A stretch of 63,523 nucleotides of DNA, filler included, from Stramenopiles sp. TOSAG23-6 (lineage: Eukaryota): assembly GCA_900128565.1 (NCBI GenBank). It is 14 parts of 14 records of this genome, joined end to end, with 100 filler letters (N's around TTAATTAATTAA, not from the genome) between each part and the next. Parts side by side here need not be neighbours in the genome. Positions count along the whole stretch, not along the records: positions 45,530 to 49,956 come from LT637172.1; positions 50,057 to 54,483 come from LT637173.1; positions 54,584 to 59,004 come from LT637174.1; positions 59,105 to 63,523 come from LT637175.1; 10 more parts are not named here. One strand, given 5' to 3'. The position numbers and the translations under genes are program-made. The notes under the pieces are model-generated. The model was not told the origin of the DNA. It saw only the letters and a program-made list of their open reading frames with translations, and searched no databases. Of the stretch, positions 49,900 to 59,862 are shown piece after piece. Every line of letters begins with the position of its first letter. Within the stretch, counting starts at the first letter, position 1.

Positions 49900-50111
49900 G
49901 TATGTATTTTGGAAAAATATTTCAAAAAAAAAATTTAATTTGTTAGGTACAAAATTNNNNNNNNNNNNNNNNNNNNNNNNNNNNNNNNNNNNNNNNNNNN
50001 TTAATTAATTAANNNNNNNNNNNNNNNNNNNNNNNNNNNNNNNNNNNNNNNNNNNNTTGTACCTAACAATTTTTTTTAGATTTTTTTTGAAATATTTTTC
50101 CAAAATACATA

Positions 50112-51340
50112 CTACTCATTTGGAAAACTTTAAATTAAAAGATGATATGAATGAATGTACAAAGGGACAATATAAAATTTCGGATGTGACAAAACGTAGA
50201 ATTATTAGACACGTGTCAAAGTATGCTAATTCTTCAAGCAATAGAGAAGCTTTCAATGTTCTTTTTAGAACTTTCTTGGGACACGTACTTGTACTGTTGT
50301 CTTCTATTTCAATACAAAATAGTATAGTAAGTCGTACAATTAGTGTATGTTTTTTTTTTTTCAATTTAAATTTAAATTTAAATTTAAATTTAAATTTAAA
50401 TTCCGAATTTTTTTTTACCAAACAAATTTTACAAAAAAAATATTTTTTCACAATATATGTACTTGGATTTGCCCTGTTGCGATTACGGCTCTATATGATC
50501 TTCCATGATTGTGCTCACTGTTCGTTTTTTCCAAGACAAACATCAAAAAAATACAAATCAAAAAAAAAATATAATTCAAGTAAGATGAATGAATATACAG
50601 GTGTTTTAATTGGTGTGACAATATATACACCATATTATATATGGGCTAGAGGTCATCGGTGTCATCATACAAATGTCAATAATATTGATTCCAAACAGTA
50701 TGATGGAATTTCTGCCCCATGGACAACAGTTGATTGGAACGTAGCTAATTATAGTAGTCGTATTTGGTATTTATTCAATTATGGTCCAATTACATATTTT
50801 ACAATTATGCCATTCTTAACTGTTGTGTTTCTACAAAGATTCAGTTGTTCATATATAGAAAATTGTAGTGTTTTAATATGGCTTACTTTAATATATTTAG
50901 CATCGGGAATAGTTGGGGTATATATTGAATTCGCTATTGTATTTTTATTCACTACTATCGGTTATTTGCTGTTTCATGTACAGCATACATTTGAAAATAG
51001 TTACAAAGCAGATAATTGCCATTGGAATTTTATTGATTCTGCTTTATTAGGATCCAGTTTTGCTTTAATCCCAAATTTTCTAAAATATTTTACACTTGGT
51101 ATAGAGTATCATCATATACACCACTTGAACCCACAGGTTCCATGCTACCGTCTACAAAAATGTCATGAAACAGCAGATGAGTTAGATTTACTTCCAATGA
51201 TTGAAAGAGTTAACTTCTCAAAGTTTTTATCTTCACTTGGATTTTCTATATATAACATCTGTAGTAATACATCTGGTAATAAGGGGTTCTATTCAAATGT
51301 TTATATGCATGCCATTTCAAGTTTTATAGATGGCAATTAA
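50112..51340 (+). CDS. Membrane fatty acid desaturase (5' partial), intron 50345-50458
   Basis: Histidine boxes HDCAH, HRCHH and HHIHH, plus LFHVQHTFE. Confidence 0.88.
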
Positions 51341-51770
51341 TGCCATTTATTTTATTTTAATAAATCTATTTCCATCTCTCAGCTCATCTGGAGCTCATCT
51401 GAGATTGATAATATATCAAAGAAACATGATTTTTTTTTTTGAAAAGTAGTTTTTTTTATTTTGTACATTGAATTTTAATGTCTCAATGATTAGATTGCAA
51501 ATTTTACATTTTTCTTGTTTTTTCGTGTTTACGTTTATTACGATTTATATTTAAATAGAATTTCGTGTTTTTTTTGCCATATGGGCGCGTCATTTCCTTG
51601 TTGAAAAATGTACTCCTCTTTTTGAAATTTTGCCATCCCTGAATAATATAAGAAATATATTCATTCATGCTTTCAATGCGTATTACTCTGTGTAAACCAT
51701 ATGTAGTTTGATTAATTCTATTATACATTAATTTACTGAAACTGAGTGTGTGCCAACTGCAGTCAACAGA

Positions 51771-54417
51771 ATGAGACGTCGCAGACAAAATCAAGCTTTT
51801 CTTCACGAAGACAACCCGTGCACACGTCGTTTTCGTCATTTCTTACACCGAACAATGCATACTCGTACATACCTTCTGCTTAATACATGCCTTGTTTTAT
51901 TTTCATGTATTGCTTATGTGGTTGAAACTTATGTAGATGAAGATATTCCTTCTCCAGCCTACGCAACTTCTCCACAGCACTGGGTTACTCTCATTATTGA
52001 TATATTTATTAACTTCGCTTTCGCTGTAGATTTTATATTTTCTGTCATTGGATTCGGGCGCGAGTATATATTTTCTGTATATGCTCTGGTAGACTTTCTC
52101 TGTTTAGTACCCGCTCTACGTCTATTCGTTGAAGGTTCAAAAAACTTAGGGTGGATTCGTTTTTTTCGTGTCTTCAAAGCTGTTCGAATACTCGGACTTT
52201 ATCGTATTCTTGAAATACAGCAGCAAGGAAATATGGTGGATACTGTTTCTCAACAAATAGGTAAGCTGTGCTTTACACTTTGTGGTATAATATTTGTTAC
52301 TACTGGAATAGTACATGCTTTTGAGGTACATAACTATGAGTCGTTCATTGACTCTCATGATTCCAGTGGAGTTGCACGGCAGAGTATGTACGTTTTTCAT
52401 CATGAATTTCAAATTTATTTTCTTTTTCATACGAAATTTTGTACCTAACAAATTTCGAATTTGACATATTTTTTCAAAATACATGCCCTTTCATGAGGCC
52501 TTTTATTTTATAATTGTAACATTTTCAACTGTTGGTTATGGTGATATATCTCCTGCAACTACGGAGGCAAGGATGACAATGGTAGTATCTATCTGTGTCG
52601 CATTTGCAACGATACCTTCAAAAGTTGCGTTATTGTACGTACCAAAAATAACCCTAACCCTAGTCTTTATCAAAATATTCAAAAAAAAAAAAAAAATTCA
52701 TAGAAAATTTTATACCTAACGAATTTTATTACTAAAAAAAATATATATATATTTTCTCACAATACTTGACTACTCAGTTATCAAAACGATCGGTATATCG
52801 AACAAGAAGTATTGCTAGAAGACATAATAGATGTGGTCGATTCCGCTGGCCTTGTCGATGTATGTTTTATTTTTTTGAAAATTTGATTTTTTTTTTTGGT
52901 TTTTTATAAAAATTTTGTACCTAACAAAAAATTTTAGATTTTTTTTTGAAATATTTTTCCAAAATACATGTCCTCGAAATGTCATAAAATGCTTTAGTTG
53001 TTGTTGTATTGAAGATGATACTAGGCAAAAACTACAGCAGAATTCGAATAAACGAAATGTCAGTGGCGAGTTCTATTCTTCAGCTGCTGTGAATAATTTT
53101 CATCTTGCTAGGCAAAATAGAGTAAAAACAAAATGTAATTGTACATTATTTCAACATCGTGATCATGTACGTTTTATTTTTTTTTCAATTTTGAATTTAT
53201 TTTTTTATAAAAATTTCGTACGTAACGATTTTTTTTTACTAAAAAAATATTTTTCCAAAATACATGTAGTGGTGTGTGGTAATATTACTGCAGGTGGTCT
53301 TTCTGTGTTTCTGTGGGAATTTTTACATCCAGATCATTATGTAACTAGACGACATCGTCGTTTAGAAATGCCACGTGTCATTGTTTTAGCCCCGTATGAT
53401 CCTGTTCCAGGATCTATGATTGATATTGTATTAAAACAACCACATCATCGCAATCATGTATGTTTTNTTTTTTTTTTNAANCAAAAAAANTCGANTTNAA
53501 NTTNAANTTTTGTACCTAACAAATTTAAGTTTTTTTTTTTTGAAATATTTTTCCAAAACACATGTCATTTGGTTGACAGGTAGTGCGATGATTGGTACAG
53601 ACCTTACTCGTGCAGCTGTTGATGAAGCACTTGCTATATTTATACTGACAAATCCTGTATGTTTTTATTTCATTTTTGTAACCCTATTTGTTTTTTTTTT
53701 TTAATAGTAAATTTCGTACCTAACGAGGTTTTTTTACATTCAAAAAAAAAGATAATATTTTTTCTTAATAAATGCTTCAGATGATCCTAAAGATGATGAC
53801 TCCCGTGCTGTACTTAGAACACTTTCAGTTGCAAGGCATGATAGTGAAGTCCTCACTTTTGTTCAATTGCATCGATCAAAAACTAAAGATCACTTACTGC
53901 ATGCTGGAGTTGTCCCACAATGCATGTTTTCATTTCAATTTCAAATTTATTTATTTTTCGTACGAAATTTTGTACCTAACAAATTTTAGTTTTTTTTTTT
54001 TGAAATATTTTTTCATAATCCATGCATGTTTTCAAGAGATGAATTGATGCTTCCTCTATTGGCACACGCTTGCCGTTGTCCTGGATTTAGTACGATGATT
54101 AGCAATATAGTTTCCAGTCATAGTATGATTCCAGAAATGAAAAAATGGACTGTCAAATCTATTTATGGAGACACCCAAGTCGAGTGGGAGGAATATGTTA
54201 ATGAAAGTTCGATTAATTGTAGTGAAGTCAATGTTGATATTAATGGAATGAAAAATTATTGCCAGTCATTGGGTGAAGAAGCAAAGGAACCATGGGTGTA
54301 TGAATACTATCGCGGTGCCTCGCACGAAATATATTCTATTGATGTGGGTAGTAAATTAAGTGGATTTGTGTTTTCGGACGTTGCTTTTAAATTATACGCA
54401 TTGTTTGAAGTCGTAAT
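51771..54417 (+). CDS. Calcium-activated (Slo/BK-like) potassium channel, 3' partial, eight element introns
   Basis: S4 RFFRVFKAVRIL, pore STVGYGD, RCK HVVVCG and GSAM..DL.RA. Introns 52388-52484, 52635-52767, 52860-52969, 53167-53265, 53458-53563, 53657-53773, 53922-54023 and 54418-. Confidence 0.88.
52635..52767 (+). mobile_element. Introner-like intron, GT...TT, TT/TT flanks, containing a CCCTAA dimer
   Basis: TT|GTACGT...TACCTAAC...CACAATAC TT|G gives KVALLTTQL. Confidence 0.75.
53922..54023 (+). mobile_element. Introner-like intron, GC...AT
   Basis: T|GCATGT...GTACCTAAC...AATCC AT|GC gives VPQCMFSRDEL. Confidence 0.7.
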
Positions 54418-54666
54418 GTATGCTTTATTTTTTTTTTTAAACAAAAAAATCGAATTTATTTTTCGTACGAAATTTTGTACCTANNNNNNNNNNNNNNNNN
54501 NNNNNNNNNNNNNNNNNNNNNNNNNNNTTAATTAATTAANNNNNNNNNNNNNNNNNNNNNNNNNNNNNNNNNNNNNNNNNNNNTATGAATTTCTAATTTA
54601 ATTTTTTTTTCATACGAAATTTCGTACCTAACGAAAAACATTTTGAAATATTTTTTCACAATACAT

Positions 54667-54983
54667 GTGGCATATTGAACTTTGTTTTTGTTTTATCTCC
54701 AGAGAGTCAAATAGACATTATATTTCGTATTACATTTAGTCTGATACTACAAATCGAAAAGACAAAAAATGAGGTACTTTTGAGGATATATTTGTCTACT
54801 CTTGGACATTTGATTAAGAAAGTATCCCAATTAAATTTAACCTCTTCCGATTTTAAGCAGTTATTAGAAGAGTCTACCTTGTCTGTTGAAATCCAGAAGT
54901 TAGAAGAAAGTGGGAAAGACAAATGCACAAAAATATTGGCGAACAGAGTGGGACAACTGATTCAAAGTATGAAACAACAGTGA
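54667..54983 (+). CDS. Last exon of an unidentified gene
   Basis: Open frame directly after an element 3' end, ending in TGA. Confidence 0.5.
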
Positions 54984-55161
54984 AGAGAACCCTAACCCTA
55001 AGTATGAAATAACAGTGAAGAGAAAAATGCTCATTAGTTTTCGATTTTGGAATAAACTTAATCTACCCATAAAAACTAGCCTCTACAATTTCATACTCAA
55101 CACATACTCTTCTAAAATGTTACCGAACTCTTCCGTACAATATTCACATCCCTAACCCTAA

Positions 55162-55632
55162 TTAGCTTCTCATTTTTTCTCTACGAGTCATCCCACAATA
55201 TTTACATTTTACATCAAGTCCCTCAGAAGGGTAATCACAACTACCACCCATCGTAGCTGCACAAAACTGAGAACCAGGGCCACCGTAATTCTCCATCGGG
55301 TTTGATGTTTGTTGCATTTGCTGCATTTGTTGCATTTGCGGGGGGGAATTATAATTTCGCAAAGCAGGCATCTGTGAACTATTTAAGTAGCCTANATCAA
55401 CTGCTTTCTGAAAAACATGTGCCCAGTCTTGAAAAGATACCGAATGGTTTGAATTTCTATCATCAAAGCCTAACAGCTTTGCGAGCAAGGGAAACTCTTC
55501 CTCGTCAACGTCGCCTGCAAGCTCATTGCGGATTGTGCCCCAGGTATGGGGACCTTCACTGAATGAAACCTGTAATATTTCCTGTGCTTTTGATTCATAT
55601 CCTACCATTTCAGCATAGAGTTCCTCCTCCAT
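55162..55632 (-). CDS. Small protein with a degenerate EF-hand, QQM repeats and a Cys-rich tail
   Basis: FDDRNSNHSVSFQDW; C-terminal C..C...CKYC. Confidence 0.6.
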   Translation of the reverse strand: MEEELYAEMVGYESKAQEILQVSFSEGPHTWGTIRNELAGDVDEEEFPLLAKLLGFDDRNSNHSVSFQDWAHVFQKAVDXGYLNSSQMPALRNYNSPPQMQQMQQMQQTSNPMENYGGPGSQFCAATMGGSCDYPSEGLDVKCKYCGMTRREKMRS

Positions 55633-56017
55633 TTTCTTTGTTTAATTGTTATACTGCTGTTGTTTTGCAATCAAGCACGTGGGGGGGCAACTACACAGTT
55701 GAATTCTTTATTTTTTAAAATTCATCTGTGAAGATTTGATTCAAAGTCGTCGTCGACTGATTTTTGCGCCGGATCGCTCCTCTGTCGGAGCCAAATTTTA
55801 TTGATTTTCATATATATTTGTGCTCCTCAGGCCTTGGAATATATCACTCTAGCAAGAAGTGCAGCATAATATTATAAAAAATGCAGCTAATGACTTTAAA
55901 TAAGATGCTAGTCATATGCCTATCATTTTTGNNNNNNNNNNNNNNNNNNNNNNNNNNNNNNNNNNNNNNNNNNNNNNNNNNNNNNNNNNNNNNNNNNNNN
56001 NNNNNNNNNNNNNNNNN

Positions 56018-57177
56018 AAATATTTCCTGAATATATTCAATAATACTTCTAAAGGTTCGGTTCCTGAAGAGTGTAAAGATATGGCTAAGACAAATCCTTC
56101 ACCTGGATATTCTGTACAAAACGGAAAATGCTCTTGGTTAGCAAAACTTAATACTCAGCAGTGGACTGTTATAGATAAGAAAGACTTTCACAAAGGTATT
56201 GAGCTCACATATGAAGATGGTCCACCATGTGATAGTGGAAACAAACATCGCATCCGGTATCATTTCATTTGTTCGCCAAATGGAGAAAAAACAGCTCCTC
56301 CAATNNNNNNNNNNNNNNNNNNNNNNNNNNNNNNNNNNNNNNNNNNNNNNNNNNNNNNNNNNNNNNNNNNNNNNNNNNNNNNNNNNNNNNNNNNNNNNNN
56401 NNNNNNNNNNNNNNNNNNNNNNNNNNNNNNNNNNNNNNNNNNNNNNNNNNNNNNNNNNNNNNNATAACAGTCCACTGCTGAGTATTAAGTTTTGCTAACA
56501 GCATGTATGTTTTATTTTTTTTTCAAAAGTCGATTTTTTTTTTCGTACGAGATTTTGTACCTAACGATTTTTTTTAAATATTTTTCCAAAATACATGTGA
56601 CTCTAATGCATCCTTATTTGAAAAAACTAAAACTGTAATGTCAATATTATTCGGGAAAATTATCTTTGTCGTAGTAAATACATCTGCATATATCAATACA
56701 TCTATTAATAAACTTAAAGGACTTCGCAATCAAACAGAATATTCATACGAGGGTATTTCAAAAGGCAGAAGTGGCTCATCATGCTCTTCAGCTGGTGAAT
56801 TACAAAACGGAAACAGTATACTTTCAGAAGATGACATTGAGAAAGCCTCAATTGTTAATGATTTTAATTCCAGATTTCCAATGAATCAAGAAAGTTCATA
56901 TGATAAACAAGTTGATGATGTTGCATCTGGTTTAAAAAATGCTCTCGATCTTGGTGAAGACATTGAGACCCATAATACAAAAGCTGTGAGAGAAAGATCT
57001 AAAATTAACGAAAGTGACAGTTCATATGACGCATGTGATGGTATTGACAATCCATTTAACGACGATCTCCATGATGATGAAGAAGAAGATTATAATGAAT
57101 TTGATAATGATGGACCACAAGATGCTTTGCTTGAAATGGCTGGAGAATCAGATGAAGATTTTAGATTGATGAACTAA
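56018..57177 (+). CDS. Mannose-6-phosphate-receptor-homology-like membrane protein fragments with acidic tail; assembly disrupted by gaps
   Basis: GIELTYEDG..C......RYHFIC pattern, then a hydrophobic segment and acidic tail after an element. Confidence 0.45.
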
Positions 57178-57317
57178 AATTTCTAAAGTTTTTTGCTATT
57201 CTGTGATGAGAGTGGTTGCTATTCTATGATGAGAGTGGCGAAGTTTAAAAGGTTTTTTTTTCGGGTAGAAAACGAAATGATTGAGTTGATTATTTCATTT
57301 AAAAATGTTTATTGTTA

Positions 57318-59004
57318 TTATTTATCAGTATTGCTCATTGCAACATTAAAACACATGATCGTGACATTCTTTTTACTTTGATTGCTACTACTAGCAAAAT
57401 CTTGAGTATCATTCTTAGAATTCTTAGCTCTCTGAGCCGTATTTGCAGTAACCATTGCATATGGCATAACGTCCCCAGTCTTTCCTACTATTCCTAGACT
57501 TTGCTGATCTTCTCTATAAAACGGAGTATTCAAAACGCGTCTATCTTTAACCCATGGTGTCTCCTCTTTCAATCTATTTCCTGTATTTGTTAAATGACCA
57601 GTACTACTTCTTCGTATTCTATGAGATCCTTGTCTACGATGTGCAGATTGGGCTCTATATTGTCGTGTTTGAAGCTCCTTTGATGTAATATTAGAATTAA
57701 TTCCAGATATGCCTTTTTCAGGACTACCCTCGATGACACTACTTTCATCTAATTTAAGTACACTGTGCAAATGTCGCGTTTTTTTTCTGTGAGATGTTTT
57801 TGCGCGAGAACTAGTAGACCTTGATGAGTAAGACATTCCGATTGATTTTTGCATTGCAATTGATAATGGTACATCTGGTGTGAATTGCTTTGGGATTTTC
57901 ATTATTGAATTTTGTTTTTTTCGCTTGTTTTTTTCATTTGATTTATTCTTCTCAATTGGTTTTACTAATTTCTTCAGAAGTGACGAAGGGAGCTTTGTCA
58001 ATAATATATCCGTATTATTAGTTGCTTCAAAGAAAGGAGTGAAGGGTTGAGTTGCAGATTCAAAATTTTGTCTTTGCTGTACGACGCGTCTTATATCATT
58101 TCTAAAAGAGTGAGATCTTTCTTCTTCATTAAACATTAATTCTAATTCTTGTTTTGCAATAACAAGCTCTTTCTTTCGAATGACTTTTTGGTGCTCTGCT
58201 TCTTCAGCGTCTTTCAAAACCTGTTGGCGCTCGAGACGAATTCGTTCCTTTTCTTGGATGATCAATTGTCGCTCTTGCTCAATTTCTAATTGAGATTCCT
58301 TTTCATATTCACGAGATATACGATCCTCCAATTCCATTTCGCTGCATCTTACGCGCAATCGTTCCATGGCGGTCAAGCCATCACGATCTGCGCGACGTTC
58401 GGCATCCAGTTGACGTTGGTATTGTACCATTTCATAAGTTGGGTTACCTTGAAGAGCCTTCTTCCGTGCCTCTATCTCTTTCATTTCCCGTTCTGCATCA
58501 GAAAGAGCAAGGCGACGTTCATATTGCATTACATTATACATACGTTTTTCTTCAGCAAACATATCACACCTCTCCCTCTCTTCATCCAATTTAGCCTTTT
58601 CTCTTACTTCATCGCCGTTATCAATGCCTGAGCCGTGTCCAAAACGCCACTTACCACTAAATGGAGCCTGATTAGCGTCTTCAACAAATCGATGTAATTC
58701 TTCAAACTCTACAGCTGCCTTAACTTTTTGAATAGCCCTCGCTAACTTTCGGCGAAGTTTCTTTAAATGTTGCCTACGCTGCTTTCGTGATAACTCAGAA
58801 ATCTGTACGGAGCCTTCATCCTCACTAGATTCGCACAAAACAATATCTCCTGATTCACATACATTGTTATTTTCATTATCCTTTTCAATATCGCTCCCAT
58901 CTTCATCCTCGATTTCTTCATCTGGACCAGCTTCTGCATCCAAGACTTCGAGTTGACAAATTTGGCTATCAATCTCTATTTTTGATACCTTTGTTTTTTT
59001 TTTC
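57318..59004 (-). CDS. Coiled-coil protein, 3' part (5' partial)
   Basis: Long E/R/K-rich ORF of more than 540 aa. Confidence 0.7.
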
Positions 59005-59104
59005 NNNNNNNNNNNNNNNNNNNNNNNNNNNNNNNNNNNNNNNNNNNNTTAATTAATTAANNNNNNNNNNNNNNNNNNNNNNNNNNNNNNNNNNNNNNNN
59101 NNNN

Positions 59105-59137
<33 letters not shown>

Positions 59138-59186
59138 GTCTAACAAAATATTTTTAATTGTTTTGAAATATTGTACAAAAATACAT

Positions 59187-59616
59187 GTCACATGCTTAAC
59201 ATGGCATCCTCATTTTCCTGATTTATTTGCCGTTGGTTTTGGTTCTTATAACTTTATGCAACAAGGATCCGGTTTGATTTATTGTTATTCTTTAAAAAAT
59301 ACATCATTTCCAGAGTTCACGTTTGCAACAGAAACTGGAATTATGTGTCTAGATTTCCATCCTCAACATCATTCTCTAATATGTGCTGGTTGTTATGATG
59401 GAACTGTACTAGTGTTTGACGTACGAAGTAAAAACAATCGGCCTATTTATAAATCGACAGTCAGGACAGGAAAGCATACTGATCCTGTATGGCAAGTGTA
59501 TTGGCAAGAAGAAGATTTATCCAAGGAGTTAAATTTCTTTTCAATATCGTCTGATGGAAAGGTAGCGAATTGGTCAATGACAAATACAGAATTAAAAATG
59601 GAAACGGCAATGGAAT
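59187..59616 (+). CDS. DNAI1: Axonemal dynein intermediate chain (DNAI1/IC78-like), one internal WD40 exon
   Basis: DLFAVG.GSY.F..Q..G....SLKN.SFPE, CLDFHP, GKHTDPVWQV.W, FFSISSDG. Confidence 0.85.
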
Positions 59617-59862
59617 GTATGTTTTTTTTTTTTTTTTTTTTTTTTTTTATTTTTTTTTTTTTTTTTTTTTGATATTTGGTTTTCGTACGGATTTTTATAA
59701 TTGTTGTACTTAACATTTTATTTTTTTATAATTTTTTTTTTTTGTATATTTGTTTTTATGATGAATTTCATTTTTTTTTTTTTTTTCTAGAAAATTTTAG
59801 TACAGAATCAAAAAAAACTCAATTTTTTAATTTTTTAATTTTTGAAATATTTTCTACAACAT

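Noticed and set aside
52386-52482. Reading the elements as U12-type AT-AC introns
   Set aside because: No RTATCCTT donor or TTCCTTRAC branch. Many copies lack the upstream AT, and AG-ending copies favour the GT...NN register. Only cDNA can exclude it fully.
56137-56499. 36-bp inverted repeat around an N gap
   Set aside because: It is an exact reverse copy of coding sequence next to a scaffold gap, typical of an amplification inversion or scaffolding artefact.
1960-58943. Alternative genetic code
   Set aside because: Long ORFs read with the standard code, genes end at TAA, TAG or TGA, and interrupting stops fall inside introns.
4469-59104. Regularly spaced TTAATTAATTAA motif every ~4.5 kb
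   Set aside because: Always N-flanked, with stops in six frames and length-sorted contigs. It is a concatenation linker, so gene neighbourhoods across it are meaningless.
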